64,000 bases of DNA from an uncultured bacterium (lineage in GTDB: Bacteria; Oederibacteriota; JAAXVQ01; JAUVAV01), in NCBI GenBank assembly GCA_963710755.1, contig CAVQBK010000003.1, positions 1,120,001 through 1,184,000 of the forward strand, in the 5' to 3' direction. The notes under the pieces were generated by a model, which was given only the letters and a program-made list of their open reading frames with translations, did no database searches and had not been told where the DNA came from. Each line of letters opens with the position of its first letter. Position 1 is the stretch's first letter. This document shows positions 49,361 through 60,171 of this stretch, in pieces. The position numbers and the translations under genes were made by a program.

Positions 49361-49502
49361 ACTTGGTGGTGGTCCATTTGTTGTGTTTGCTCGAGTGTTC
49401 CGGAGCCTGAGCATTTAGTTGGTCAGGTGCCCATAGCTGATCTCAGATACGCTAACGTCCCCGGCGGGGCGATGAAACTGGACATAGACGAAAGGAAAGG
49501 GG

Positions 49503-50243
49503 ATGACCCCAAAAAAGTGGATGATCAGTTGTTTCGGGGTGGGGGTCCTCGTTTTTTGTGCCTTTAAGCCAGCTGCTGCACAACTGGATGAAGCTACCTA
49601 TTATTTGGAACAATCCAGTTCTCTGAGCGGATCCACGGGGTGGATCAATATTCCTTCGCCCGCCGTTCCTGATAATGGTAAAATGACCGGTGGCCTGCAT
49701 CGTGGATCAGCCGAGTTTAATCTCGGCCTGTTGAATGTGATGGAAGTTGGGCTGTATTTTGAAGCCGACCGATTGGGAAAACAGTTTGATCGCTATAAAA
49801 ATTTATCAACTTGGGAAGAAGTTGAAAAAAACGTTCCGGCCTTTGTCAAGGAAGCGTTCAAAGGTCAGGCGAAAATCAAACTTTTGGATCAGGATTGGGG
49901 ATTAATTAATCTGGCGGTGGGGATGGAGAAGCAGGATTACTATATAGTCGGCCATCGTCACTTTCCTGAATTGTCCAATGTGACCTTGCTGGCCGGATGG
50001 GGCCGCGGGCGTTTTGAAAAAGGTTTTTTTGGATTAAGTAAGACTATTTTTTCAGGAGCCGATCTCATTTTTGAATTTGACGGTCAAGGGTTCAATGTGG
50101 GGTACCGATTATTGCTGGGTCCCAATCTAATTATGAATTTAGCCGGACAGGATTTGAACACTATTGGTGAGGTACAAAATCTAGGTCAGGTGATCTCCAA
50201 TCATTTGATTTTCGGAATTACCTATGTGGAGCGTATTTGGTGA
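49503..50243 (+). CDS. Exported YjbH-like beta-barrel protein
   Basis: Signal peptide; GSTGWINIPSP N-terminal motif; EFDG..FNVGYR strands. Confidence 0.6.
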   Translation: MTPKKWMISCFGVGVLVFCAFKPAAAQLDEATYYLEQSSSLSGSTGWINIPSPAVPDNGKMTGGLHRGSAEFNLGLLNVMEVGLYFEADRLGKQFDRYKNLSTWEEVEKNVPAFVKEAFKGQAKIKLLDQDWGLINLAVGMEKQDYYIVGHRHFPELSNVTLLAGWGRGRFEKGFFGLSKTIFSGADLIFEFDGQGFNVGYRLLLGPNLIMNLAGQDLNTIGEVQNLGQVISNHLIFGITYVERIW

Positions 50244-50524
50244 GCGGTATTGAGCGTGTGCATGTGACGGTTTACGGCCGGGTACAAGGCATTGGGTATC
50301 GTTATTTTGCAGTGCAGTCGGCCAAGAACCGGAACTTGGTGGGGTTTGTAAGAAATGAGCCGGAAGGGACCGTGGTGGCTGAGGCGGAAGGCCCCATGCC
50401 TGCCCTCTACTCCTTTCTGCATGATTTGGGAAAAGGCCCGCGCATGGCCAGTGTCACTTCGATAGATGTGAAAAAAATAAAAAGCCTTGGTCAAGAGAAA
50501 GATTTCCGGATTCGCTATTGGTGA
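50237..50524 (+). CDS. acyP: Acylphosphatase
   Basis: VYGRVQGIGYR, GFVRN..GTV..EAEG, GP. Confidence 0.93.
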   Translation: MVSGIERVHVTVYGRVQGIGYRYFAVQSAKNRNLVGFVRNEPEGTVVAEAEGPMPALYSFLHDLGKGPRMASVTSIDVKKIKSLGQEKDFRIRYW

Positions 50525-51831
50525 CAAGGCGTAAAAAGGATCCCTTTATGGCGGCTGGCCGCGAAAAAAAGATCACTAAAAAGAAACGGAAGACCAAGAC
50601 GAACAGGTCTACCGCCAGCACTTCCGTAAGGCCTGTTAAATCCAGAAAAAAAACCGTTGCCAAACCTAAAAAGATAAAGACCACCTCATCTGAAGAGCAT
50701 CAGTTAGAAAGTGTCCCGACCCGGACCGGTACCCAGCCTCATCCTGATCATGACCAGGACTGGGCCGCTCCTAAGCCCATCGCGAAGGAACCGGAAGAGG
50801 AAAGATTGGACGGCGAGGATAATTTTGAGGGCCATGACGTGGAAGAACATGGCCTTGAACCTGATGAGGAGCAGGAAGAGCGGGAAGATCATGACAGCCT
50901 TTCGGGTGATGAGAGCAGTGGGCAGGTCCGTCCGCGATCAGGCAAACGGCCGCGCGCAAGCAAGCGCAAAGCGGACGAGGACAGGCATGCGGATCTGGAT
51001 GCCATCAAACAATACTTGAATGAAGTCAGCAAAGTACCGCTGCTTAATTTCGCGGAAGAACAAAGCCTGGCTTTTAAGGTTCAACAAAATGATGCTGCCG
51101 CACGGCAGACGCTGATTGTCAGCAACTTAAGACTGGTGATCTCTATTGCCAAACGCTACTTAAATCGCGGTCTGTCTATGCTGGACTTAATAGAAGAAGG
51201 CAACATCGGGTTAATGAAGGCCGTTGAAAAATTCGAACCGGAAAAGGGGTTTAGGTTTTCAACTTATGCCGCTTGGTGGATTAAGCAGCATATCATGCGG
51301 GCCTTAGCCAATCAGAGCAATCTGATCCGCCTGCCGGTGCATGTGGTGGAAAAAGTGTCCAAACTGGCCAAAGTGCGTTATGAATTGGCCCAACGTCTGC
51401 GCCGGGAGCCAAGTATGGAAGAATTGGCCCGGGCCTTGGAAGTCAGCGTAGACCAAATTTCGGAGATTATGCGCATTGAACAAAAACCGGCCTATTTGGA
51501 AACACTGATTGGAAGCCATGATCAAGACAATAAAAAACTGTTGGATGTGTTGGAAGATCGTACCAATGCTCTGCCCGATGCCTCAACGAAAGATGACCAT
51601 CAACGACAAGTTATGTTGGGTTTGCTCGATAGCCTGACCGACAAGGAAAGAGCAATTTTGGTGATGCGTTTCGGCTTAGAAGATGAACAACCGCAAACCC
51701 TGGAAGAGACGGGACGTCATTTTGGGCTGACCAGGGAACGGATCCGCCAGATCGAAATGACAGCCTTAAAAAAATTAAGGGCACAATTACGAGATGGCCA
51801 AATTTCGGTTGATGATTTATTAAGAGATTAG
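50518..51831 (+). CDS. rpoS: sigma70-family factor, group 2 (RpoS-like) with long disordered N-terminus
   Basis: YLNEVSKVPLL, NLRLVISIAKRY, DLIEEGNIGL, FSTYAAWWIKQHIMRALANQ, LTRERIRQIE; no region 1.1; upstream of apt. Confidence 0.7.
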   Translation: MVTRRKKDPFMAAGREKKITKKKRKTKTNRSTASTSVRPVKSRKKTVAKPKKIKTTSSEEHQLESVPTRTGTQPHPDHDQDWAAPKPIAKEPEEERLDGEDNFEGHDVEEHGLEPDEEQEEREDHDSLSGDESSGQVRPRSGKRPRASKRKADEDRHADLDAIKQYLNEVSKVPLLNFAEEQSLAFKVQQNDAAARQTLIVSNLRLVISIAKRYLNRGLSMLDLIEEGNIGLMKAVEKFEPEKGFRFSTYAAWWIKQHIMRALANQSNLIRLPVHVVEKVSKLAKVRYELAQRLRREPSMEELARALEVSVDQISEIMRIEQKPAYLETLIGSHDQDNKKLLDVLEDRTNALPDASTKDDHQRQVMLGLLDSLTDKERAILVMRFGLEDEQPQTLEETGRHFGLTRERIRQIEMTALKKLRAQLRDGQISVDDLLRD

Positions 51832-51841
51832 GAGGCGCAGC

Positions 51842-52366
51842 ATGGTCGTTGTGGAGAATATAAAAAAACTAATCCGCGATATACCTGATTTTCCCAAACC
51901 GGGCATTATTTTCAAAGATATTTCACCTTTGTTGGCGGATGCGAATGTCTACCATACGGCTATTGAGCAATTGGCGCAAGCCTTCAAAGCCAGTGGTGTG
52001 GAACAGGTGGTTTGCTTGGAGGCACGTGGTTTCCTGGTGGGCGCTCCGTTGGCGTATAAACTGGGCGCAGGAATGGTGTTGGTGCGCAAACCGGGTAAGC
52101 TGCCTTTCTCCACACTGAAAACCACCTATCAACTGGAATATGGCACCGGTACTTTGGAGATTCATTCTGATGCCATTCAAGAAGGCAGTAAGGTCCTGAT
52201 TGCCGATGACGTATTAGCTACCGGAGGCACAGCCGCTGGCGCTGTGGAACTAATTCGGGCACTTAAAGGGCAAATCGTGGGCTGTGCGTTTCTCATGGAA
52301 TTGGGATTTTTACAAGGCCGTCGAAAATTAGAAGGGCAAAAAATAGTATCTTTGATTGAATACTGA
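51842..52366 (+). CDS. apt: Adenine phosphoribosyltransferase
   Basis: PDFPKPGIIFKDI, EARGF, RKPGKLP, LEYG, IADDVLATGGT. Confidence 0.97.
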   Translation: MVVVENIKKLIRDIPDFPKPGIIFKDISPLLADANVYHTAIEQLAQAFKASGVEQVVCLEARGFLVGAPLAYKLGAGMVLVRKPGKLPFSTLKTTYQLEYGTGTLEIHSDAIQEGSKVLIADDVLATGGTAAGAVELIRALKGQIVGCAFLMELGFLQGRRKLEGQKIVSLIEY

Positions 52367-52407
52367 ACGACTTCAGGCGGCTTAGCATAGATATGCCGGC
52401 CACACAT

Positions 52408-52484
52408 GCCCCCGTAGCTCAGCAGGATAGAGCAGCGGTTTCCTAAACCGTTGGTCGTGCGTTCGAGTCGCGCCGGGGGCACCA
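52408..52484 (+). tRNA. tRNA-Arg(CCT)
   Basis: GCCCCCG acceptor; anticodon arm GCGGT-TTCCTAA-ACCGT; GTTCGAGTC; CCA. Confidence 0.96.
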
Positions 52485-52568
52485 ATTTATTAACCGGGCC
52501 GTGGTCACTGGTTACATGTTTTCGGATCAAGAAAAGTCCGATAAGGTCCTGGGAAGGTAGGATGGAAA

Positions 52569-53219
52569 ATGATCGATCTGCATATGCATACCTTTCATTC
52601 CGATGGTGTTTTGGGACCGGCTGAATTGGTCAGACGGGCGCAGGTCAAAGGTTATAAAGTTATGGCCATTACGGACCATGTGGATCAATCCAACTTGGCC
52701 AGTTATGTCCCCGCCATCGTGGCCACAGCCAAAGCCCTTAGCCAAGTCACGGGCGTGGTGGTACTGGGTGGTTTGGAACTGACCCACGTGCCGCCCAAAC
52801 AACTACCGGCCTTGATCCGTCAGGCCCGCGCCTTAGGGGCAGAAGTAGTGGTTGTCCATGGTGAAAGTCCCGTGGAACCAGTGGCACCGGGGACTAATCG
52901 TGCAGCCATTATGGGCGGAGCCGACATTCTGGCTCATCCCGGCTTGATCAGTCTGGGCGAAGCACGCTTGGCCAGGCAAAAAGGTGTGGCCTTGGAGTTG
53001 ACGTCGCGCGGAGGACATTCGCTAACCAATGGTCATGTGGCTAAAGTAGCCCGGCAGGCAGGCGCACCCCTGGTTGTGGACAGCGACACCCATGCCCCGG
53101 GTGACATTTTATCGGTGGAATTAATTAAAAAAGTGGTCCTGGGGGCAGGTTGTCCTCTGACTCAATTGAAACAATGCGAGGCACGATCTTTACAGATCGC
53201 TCGGCGTGCCCGTCACTAA
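52569..53219 (+). CDS. PHP-domain phosphoesterase (histidinol-phosphatase-like)
   Basis: DLHMHT..SDG, AITDH, ELTH, HGE, LAHPG, DSDTH. Confidence 0.9.
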   Translation: MIDLHMHTFHSDGVLGPAELVRRAQVKGYKVMAITDHVDQSNLASYVPAIVATAKALSQVTGVVVLGGLELTHVPPKQLPALIRQARALGAEVVVVHGESPVEPVAPGTNRAAIMGGADILAHPGLISLGEARLARQKGVALELTSRGGHSLTNGHVAKVARQAGAPLVVDSDTHAPGDILSVELIKKVVLGAGCPLTQLKQCEARSLQIARRARH

Positions 53220-53237
53220 TGGCAACATGGAGGCAAG

Positions 53238-53954
53238 ATGGCTAAGAAAAGATATTCCCATAAACAAATAAGAAAAGATCTTAAAAAGGACGAGTTAAGG
53301 AACCTGATTGATAAAACCGTAGCGTTCGTTAAAGATAACACGGAAAATTTGCTGATTACGGTCATCATTGTAGGCGTAATTATCGTCTTGATCCCCCTTT
53401 ATTTCAATCACCAGGTTGATAATGAAATGCGGGCAGCAACCATGCTTAATCAAGCCATGAGTCTGTCCATGCAACCTGTGGATCAGGGACAGTTTAAAAC
53501 CATGGGGGAAAAATATAAACAATTGGGTCAACAATATGCGGATATTGTCAGTAATTATCCCCGCACCACGGCCGGCAAAATGGCGTTGCTCGATGAAGCG
53601 AATGCCGCTTATTATGCCCAAGACTATGCCAAAGCCGGGGCGCTTTTTGAGCAAGCCCTGGCCAAATTTCAGGACATGCCCCTGTGGTTGACGATAAAGG
53701 AACGTCTAGGCAATTGCTACGAACAGCAACAACAAGTCGACAAAGCCATTGCCACCTACCAGGAAATTTTAAAGGATAATCCCGATTATTTTGCCAAAGC
53801 ATCGGTCAATCTCAGCCTGGCCCACTGCTATCTAGCTTTGAACAAAACGGCCGAGGCCAGGGCACTGTTGCAACAGCAAGCCGCCCAACCGAAAAGCTTC
53901 TGGACTACAGCATCAGGACAATTGTTAGCCGAGACCCCAGTTACAGAAAAATAA
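53238..53954 (+). CDS. Membrane-anchored TPR protein (YfgM-like)
   Basis: RKDLKKDE N-terminus, single TM, TPR helices. Confidence 0.8.
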   Translation: MAKKRYSHKQIRKDLKKDELRNLIDKTVAFVKDNTENLLITVIIVGVIIVLIPLYFNHQVDNEMRAATMLNQAMSLSMQPVDQGQFKTMGEKYKQLGQQYADIVSNYPRTTAGKMALLDEANAAYYAQDYAKAGALFEQALAKFQDMPLWLTIKERLGNCYEQQQQVDKAIATYQEILKDNPDYFAKASVNLSLAHCYLALNKTAEARALLQQQAAQPKSFWTTASGQLLAETPVTEK

Positions 53955-54012
53955 TCGCTTGACAGGTGAACCGGTATGGGTTAATTATCTTGATCACGAA
54001 AGAAATAGCAAT

Positions 54013-54088
54013 GGGGCTGTGGCGCAGCTGGGAGCGCGTTTGAATGGCATTCAAAAGGTCAGGGGTTCGATCCCCCTCAGCTCCACCA
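54013..54088 (+). tRNA. tRNA-Ala(GGC)
   Basis: GGGGCTG acceptor with G3-U70; anticodon arm TTTGA-ATGGCAT-TCAAA; CCA. Confidence 0.96.
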
Positions 54089-54096
54089 ATTTTTCC

Positions 54097-54126
54097 AAGG
54101 CGTTCTGAGGTTCAGAACGCCTTTTC
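54097..54126 (+). terminator. Intrinsic terminator after tRNA-Ala
   Basis: AAGGCGTTCTGA-GGT-TCAGAACGCCTT followed by T-rich tract. Confidence 0.8.
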
Positions 54127-54216
54127 ATTTTAAGCCTTTTCCGGAATTATCATCACTCCTGTCAGGCAAACGGTACATCCACAGGGAACAGCATCTTAAA
54201 AAAGTTAAGGAAAACC

Positions 54217-55047
54217 ATGATGGCCCATCCCCATAGGCCCGGCACAATTATTGATTTTCACACCCATGCCTTTAATGATCAATTGGCACCCATGGTCATG
54301 GCCGAATTTGCGGACCAATTCAATTTCCAAGCCCATTATGACGGTACGGTATCCGGCTTATTGGCCCATATGGCCCAATGCGGCGTGGAGCAGGCTGTAC
54401 TTCAGCCGGTGGCCACCAAAACCACCCAAGTGCAGGTCATTAATCGCTGGTGTCAAAACATTCGAAGTAAGGAAAAAATTCATTGTTTTGGAGCTCTCCA
54501 TCCTGAAATGGAGGATGAAGCCATAGAGCAGGAGGTTGCGTTTTTTAAAGCAACCGGGATTCGGGGGGTTAAGCTGCATCCTGAATATCAGTCCTTTTTT
54601 CCTGACGAAGATCGCATGAGCCGAATTTATACAGCCCTCGAGGAAGCAGGCTTGATTTTATTATTCCATAGTGGCAAAGATTTGTGCTTCCATGGTGAAG
54701 TCAAGGCCACACCTCGGCGGTTGCTGCAAGTTCATCGCAGCTTTCCCCGGCTGAAGCTGGTATTGGCACATTTGGGCGGCTTTCAATTGTGGAAGGAAGT
54801 GGCCAGGGAATTGGTGGGACAGTCGCTATGGCTGGATACGGCGTTTTGTCCGGGTTATTGTCCTGCCGATCAGTTTGAAGAGATCGTGGCCGGCCATGGT
54901 GCTGAACAGATCCTTTTCGGCTCGGATGCACCCTGGGGCAATCAACAAGCTCACATAAATTATATTCTGGACTCGGGCCTTACGAGGGAAGAAAAGCATC
55001 GCATCCTGGGGAAGAATGCGTTAGAATTGCTGGCTATCACCAGGTGA
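54217..55047 (+). CDS. Amidohydrolase family 2 protein
   Basis: IDFHTH, GVKLHP, FHSG, LAHLGG, LDTA, LFGSDAPW. Confidence 0.9.
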   Translation: MMAHPHRPGTIIDFHTHAFNDQLAPMVMAEFADQFNFQAHYDGTVSGLLAHMAQCGVEQAVLQPVATKTTQVQVINRWCQNIRSKEKIHCFGALHPEMEDEAIEQEVAFFKATGIRGVKLHPEYQSFFPDEDRMSRIYTALEEAGLILLFHSGKDLCFHGEVKATPRRLLQVHRSFPRLKLVLAHLGGFQLWKEVARELVGQSLWLDTAFCPGYCPADQFEEIVAGHGAEQILFGSDAPWGNQQAHINYILDSGLTREEKHRILGKNALELLAITR

Positions 55048-55083
55048 CACTATCAGACCACTGGAACAAAGGGGAGCAACCTC

Positions 55084-55548
55084 ATGCCTGAATTAGAAAC
55101 TATACGCAGTGTGGAAATATTGCAGGGCTTGAACGACAGTGAATTGGCCACGGTGGTACGCAGGGCCAAACGAATGGAATACAAGGCCGGTGGAGTTATT
55201 GTCAGGGAAAAAGCGCCGGGCGGTATGCTTCATATCATCATCGAAGGTTCCGTGGAAGTGAAGAAAAAGAGCGAGGATATGGAACGCACGCTGGCGGTAT
55301 TGAAGGAAGGCGAGATTTTTGGGGAGATGTCTTTGTTTGACGGGGAACCTTATTCGGCCAGCGTGATGGCCAGGGAAAACACATCGACCTTGAGTCTTTA
55401 TAAAAATGACTTTCTTGACCTGGCCACGCAGCATCCGGACGTAGCTTTCAAGGTGACCGTCAACATTATCAACACTCTTTCCGAACGGCTGCGCAAGACC
55501 AGCGACAACCTGGTCACCTTCGCCGTCATGGCCAGAAACAGCCAATAA
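55084..55548 (+). CDS. Cyclic-nucleotide-binding domain protein (Crp-like, no HTH)
   Basis: IIIEGSVEV, GEIFGEMSLFDGEPYSASV, LSERLR; ends at 154 aa. Confidence 0.9.
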   Translation: MPELETIRSVEILQGLNDSELATVVRRAKRMEYKAGGVIVREKAPGGMLHIIIEGSVEVKKKSEDMERTLAVLKEGEIFGEMSLFDGEPYSASVMARENTSTLSLYKNDFLDLATQHPDVAFKVTVNIINTLSERLRKTSDNLVTFAVMARNSQ

Positions 55549-55623
55549 GAGGTGTCAAAAAAATCAGGTGTGTTTTTTGAAGCCGCGGCATGATGGATTT
55601 TTATTCGCGCGATTAAATATAAG

Positions 55624-55651
55624 TTGACATTCAACGAAATGGTCTTATTAT
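55624..55651 (+). promoter_or_regulatory. sigma70 promoter of the ilv-leu operon
   Basis: TTGACA-16-TATTAT. Confidence 0.55.
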
Positions 55652-55778
55652 ATCTGATTAATCGTTAAGCCACCATACCAATCAAAAGCAGTAGATCCGA
55701 TTCAATTTTTGTCAAGATTTATTTACTATTTCAGCCGTTTTCTGAAGTATCCAGGGCTGGGAATGGAGTAGTTCATCC

Positions 55779-57443
55779 ATGCGAAGCGATCGTATTAAAA
55801 AAGGTATTTCCAAATCACCTCATCGTTCCTTGTTAAAAGCCATCGGGTATACGGACGGTGAATTACGGCAGCCTTTAATCGGTATTGCTAATTCCTTCAA
55901 CGAAATTATCCCGGGTCATGTGCATTTGAATAAAATTGCCGAAGCCGTTAAAGCCGGTGTGCGCATGGCCGGCGGGACCCCGATGGAGTTCAATACCATT
56001 GGGATCTGCGACGGCATCGCCATGAACCATGAAGGTATGAAATACTCCTTGGTTTCCAGGGAAATTATTGCCGACTCGGTGGAAGCTGTGGGCAATGGTA
56101 TGCCTTTTGACGGTTTGGTGTTGATCCCCAATTGCGATAAGATTATTCCCGGCATGATGATGGCCGCGGCGCGCTTGAATATTCCTACGGTGCTGGTTTC
56201 AGGCGGCCCCATGCTGCCCGGCAAATACCGGGATCAACGCACGGATTTGATTAAGGGACCCTTCGAAAGCATGGCCAAGGCCAATACCGGCAAACTATCG
56301 GAGGAAGAGTTTTTAGAAATCGAAAACAATGCCTGCCCCACCTGCGGCTCTTGTGCCGGGTTGTTTACCGCCAATACCATGAATTGCATGGCCGAGGCTC
56401 TGGGACTGGCCTTACCCGGCAACGGATCAGCGCCGGCCGTGTCCTCCGAACGCATTCGGCTGGCCAAACAAGCCGGGGAAGCGGTGATGCTGGCCGTTAA
56501 AAAAAATCTGACCCCGTCCAAGCTCTACACGGTAGAGGCCTTTAAAAATGCCATTGCCGTGGATGTGGCTATGGGCGGTTCCACCAACACCGTGCTGCAT
56601 TTGCCGGCCATTGCCCATGAAGCCGGTCTGACACTGGATTTGGATATTTTTAACGAAATGTCGAAAAAAACACCTCATCTCTGCAGCGTCAGTCCCGGGG
56701 GCAATCATTTTATGGTGGATATCCATGAAGCTGGAGGCGTGCAGGCGGTGATGAAAGTCCTGGCCGGCAAAAAGCTTATTAATACTCATTGTCCGACCGT
56801 CACCGGCAAAAGCGTGGGGGAAAACCTCAGCCATGCCCGGGTCCTGGATCATGATGTCATCCGCCCGCTGAGCAAACCTTATCATAAACGGGGCGGCTTG
56901 GCTGTTTTGCGCGGCAATATTGCGCCTGATGGTGCGGTGGTCAAGCAATCCGCCGTGGCACCGGAAATGATGCATCGCGTGGGTCGTGCCCGTGTATTTA
57001 ACGGCGAAGACGATGCTTTTAAAGCCATTATGAACGGTAAGATCAAAAAAGGCGATGTGGTGGTGGTGCGTTATGAAGGTCCCAAAGGCGGACCGGGCAT
57101 GCGCGAGATGTTATCACCCACCAGTGCTATTGCCGGCATGGGGCTGGACAAGGACGTGGCGTTGCTGACAGACGGTCGTTTTTCCGGCGGTTCTCGGGGC
57201 GCAGCCATCGGGCATATCTCGCCTGAGGCAGCGGCCGGAGGGCCCATCGCCGCTATTCGGGAAGGCGATCAAATTGAAATTGACATTCCCAAATTAAAAA
57301 TAAACCTTTTGGTCTCGAAGGAGGAGCTTAACACGCGTATGGCGCATTTAAAACATCCCAAGCTAAAAACGTATAAGGGTGTTTTAGGGCGCTATGCGCG
57401 GTTAGTAACCTCGGGAAGCACAGGGGCTGTGTTAGAAGATTAA
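55779..57443 (+). CDS. ilvD: Dihydroxy-acid dehydratase
   Basis: [52 protein letters not shown]. Confidence 0.98.
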   Translation: MRSDRIKKGISKSPHRSLLKAIGYTDGELRQPLIGIANSFNEIIPGHVHLNKIAEAVKAGVRMAGGTPMEFNTIGICDGIAMNHEGMKYSLVSREIIADSVEAVGNGMPFDGLVLIPNCDKIIPGMMMAAARLNIPTVLVSGGPMLPGKYRDQRTDLIKGPFESMAKANTGKLSEEEFLEIENNACPTCGSCAGLFTANTMNCMAEALGLALPGNGSAPAVSSERIRLAKQAGEAVMLAVKKNLTPSKLYTVEAFKNAIAVDVAMGGSTNTVLHLPAIAHEAGLTLDLDIFNEMSKKTPHLCSVSPGGNHFMVDIHEAGGVQAVMKVLAGKKLINTHCPTVTGKSVGENLSHARVLDHDVIRPLSKPYHKRGGLAVLRGNIAPDGAVVKQSAVAPEMMHRVGRARVFNGEDDAFKAIMNGKIKKGDVVVVRYEGPKGGPGMREMLSPTSAIAGMGLDKDVALLTDGRFSGGSRGAAIGHISPEAAAGGPIAAIREGDQIEIDIPKLKINLLVSKEELNTRMAHLKHPKLKTYKGVLGRYARLVTSGSTGAVLED

Positions 57444-57599
57444 ACCATAAGGTGGCTCTGGGGAACAGTCTTGGACTAGTTATGGCTGTTCTGCAATGGC
57501 CAAGGAGATTAGTTTCAACACCATGCTTGAGGCGGTTTAGCCTCCAGGCGGAACCAGTTTTAAATGGTGTTGGTGGTGTTATTGATCAAGGAGGAACCG

Positions 57600-59279
57600 A
57601 TGAGTGCATTAATGACGGGCGCTGAGATATTTGTGCAGAGCTTGAAAAAGGAAGGCGTGGACATCATTTTTGGGTATCCCGGCGGGGTGCTATTACCTAT
57701 TTTCGATGCCCTATATCAATCTGATTTGAAAGTGGTCCTGCCACGGCATGAACAAGGCGGGGCTCATATGGCCGATGGATTTGCGCGGGCAACAGGCAAG
57801 GTGGGCGTGTGCTTAGCCACCTCTGGCCCGGGTGCAACTAACCTGGTCACAGGCATTGCCACGGCCTACATGGATTCTGTGCCCATGGTGGCCTTTACCG
57901 GCCAGGTGGCGTCCAGCTTGATTGGCAATGACGCCTTTCAGGAGGTGGACATTACAGGCATCACGCGACCTATTACCAAACACAACTTTCTGGTGAAAGA
58001 TGTGAAGGACCTGGCGGCGACCATCAAACAAGCCTTTTATTTGGCCAACACCGGGCGACCTGGTCCGGTGTTGGTGGATATTCCCAAGGACGTGACCACC
58101 AGTAAATGCGAGTTTCATTATCCTGATAAAGTGGAACTGCGCAGTTACAAACCTACCATTGAACCTAATCTGAACCAGATTAAAAAAGCTGCCGCTTTGA
58201 TCAAAGAAGCCAAAAAACCGCTGATTTACGCGGGTGGCGGTGTGCTTCTTGCCAATGGCAGCGACGAGCTTATTACCCTGGCGGAAAAGTTGAAGGCACC
58301 AGTCACCTTAACCACCATGGGTTTAGGCGCTTTCCCGGGAACCCATCCCCAATTTTTAGGAATGCTGGGTATGCATGGCACCCGCACGGCCAATTATGCG
58401 GTGCAGGAAAGTGATGTGATTTTAGCTATTGGCGTGCGTTTTGACGACCGGGTGACAGGCCGGGTGGATCATTTCGCACCAGGCGCTAAAATCATTCATA
58501 TCGACGTGGACCCGTCCAGTATTTCTAAGATTGTGACCGTGGATATACCGGTGGTGGCTGATGCCAAAAAGGCCATGGCTGCGTTGATCAAAGAGGTCAA
58601 TGCTGGACATTATGAGGAGTGGTGGACGCAAATCAACCAATGGAAAGAAAAATTTCCACTGTCTTACGATAAAAGCAGCACGGTCCTCAAACCTCAATTT
58701 GTTATCGAGACCTTATTTAATCTGTTTGGCAAGGACTTATTTGTTGCCACTGACGTGGGGCAACATCAGATGTGGGCCGCTCAGTTTTACAAATACGACC
58801 GGCCGCGGCAATGGGCTTCCTCCGGGGGGTTGGGCACCATGGGGTATGGTTTTCCCGCAGGTATTGGCGCTCAATTTGGCTTGCCCGGAAAAAAAGTGGC
58901 GATTATCAGCGGAGACGGCAGCTTCCAGATGAACATGCAGGAAATGGCCACGGCTGTGAACCATAAATTACCGGTGAAAATTATTTTGCTCAATAATGGC
59001 TATCTGGGTATGGTGCGCCAATGGCAGGAGCTGTTCCATGGCAAGCGTTATTCCTCCACGATCATTGAAAACTCCGTGGATTTCGTTAAATTGGCCGAGG
59101 CCTTTGGTGCCACAGGCCTGCGGGTGACTAAGACGGAAGAAGTGGAGGCTAACTTGAAAAAAGCCTTTGAAATTGAAGGACCTGTGTTGATTGATTTTCA
59201 GGTGGAACGGGAAGAGAACGTGTGGCCTATGGTCCCTGCTGGAGCCCCAATTCATGAAATGATAGGCGAGCTAGCCTAA
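57600..59279 (+). CDS. ilvB: Acetolactate synthase large subunit
   Basis: [52 protein letters not shown]; start after AAGGAGG. Confidence 0.97.
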   Translation: MSALMTGAEIFVQSLKKEGVDIIFGYPGGVLLPIFDALYQSDLKVVLPRHEQGGAHMADGFARATGKVGVCLATSGPGATNLVTGIATAYMDSVPMVAFTGQVASSLIGNDAFQEVDITGITRPITKHNFLVKDVKDLAATIKQAFYLANTGRPGPVLVDIPKDVTTSKCEFHYPDKVELRSYKPTIEPNLNQIKKAAALIKEAKKPLIYAGGGVLLANGSDELITLAEKLKAPVTLTTMGLGAFPGTHPQFLGMLGMHGTRTANYAVQESDVILAIGVRFDDRVTGRVDHFAPGAKIIHIDVDPSSISKIVTVDIPVVADAKKAMAALIKEVNAGHYEEWWTQINQWKEKFPLSYDKSSTVLKPQFVIETLFNLFGKDLFVATDVGQHQMWAAQFYKYDRPRQWASSGGLGTMGYGFPAGIGAQFGLPGKKVAIISGDGSFQMNMQEMATAVNHKLPVKIILLNNGYLGMVRQWQELFHGKRYSSTIIENSVDFVKLAEAFGATGLRVTKTEEVEANLKKAFEIEGPVLIDFQVEREENVWPMVPAGAPIHEMIGELA

Positions 59280-59468
59280 AAGAAGTGGTTGGGCGACAGT
59301 TCTGGTTGGCGAAGAAAAATTCAATAAATGCATTTAATGATCCACCACCAAGGTGCCAAGGTTCACCATAGCAATGACCACCGAATCTTCGGACAAAGGG
59401 TGAGGTTAGGGTGCTTGAAGCCTGGGCGTGGGCATAATTTTATTTACATAAAATGAGGTGATTAGCTC

Positions 59469-59963
59469 ATGAGACATATATTATCCGTATTGGTTGAAAA
59501 TAAACCGGGGGTTTTATCGCGTATTTCCGGATTGTTTTCCGGCCGGGGTTTTAATATTTCCAGTTTGACCGTGGGGGAAACCGAAGATCCCTCGGTTTCA
59601 CGCATGACTATTGTGGTGACCGGTGATGATGCGATTTTGGAACAGGTGTCCAAGCAACTTAATAAAGTGGTGGACACCATCAAGGTTTATGACCTGACCA
59701 GGGAAGCTCATCTGGAACGGGAATTGGCTTTGATCAAAGTTCAGCCCGAAGGCAAGGAACGCTCCGAAATTGTTCAGTTGGCTGAGATTTTCCGGGCTAA
59801 AATTGTGGATGTTTCCGAAAAAACCTATACCTTTGAAATTACCGGCGCCAATGATAAAGTCAATGCTTTCATTGAATTGTGCTGGCCCTTTAACATCAAG
59901 GAATTGATCAGAACCGGGGCCGTGGCTATTGCCAGGGAAATCAAAAGAAAAGCAACTAAATAA
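59469..59963 (+). CDS. ilvN: Acetolactate synthase small subunit
   Basis: LSVLVENKPGVLSRISGLFSGRGFNISSL, KQLNK, ERELALIKV. Confidence 0.96.
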   Translation: MRHILSVLVENKPGVLSRISGLFSGRGFNISSLTVGETEDPSVSRMTIVVTGDDAILEQVSKQLNKVVDTIKVYDLTREAHLERELALIKVQPEGKERSEIVQLAEIFRAKIVDVSEKTYTFEITGANDKVNAFIELCWPFNIKELIRTGAVAIAREIKRKATK

Positions 59964-60171
59964 GCAAACCAGCAAAGCAAAATGTCGGGGCGGAGACGTT
60001 GGTAAGGGCGAAAAAAATATTCGCCCTTCCATTAAAGATAATCGCAAACAAGAACAAACAAAATTTGAACCTTTAACTTTGCATCCTTTGCAGCTTAAGG
60101 TGAGAAACAGCATTTATTCCAGCTTTGTCGGTTTCGTCTTAAAGAATTAAAAAACAGGGGGAAAGATTAAA

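Noticed and set aside
57444-59468. T-box elements in ilv intergenic regions
   Set aside because: No GGTGGNACC T-box consensus or terminator; only imperfect hairpins.
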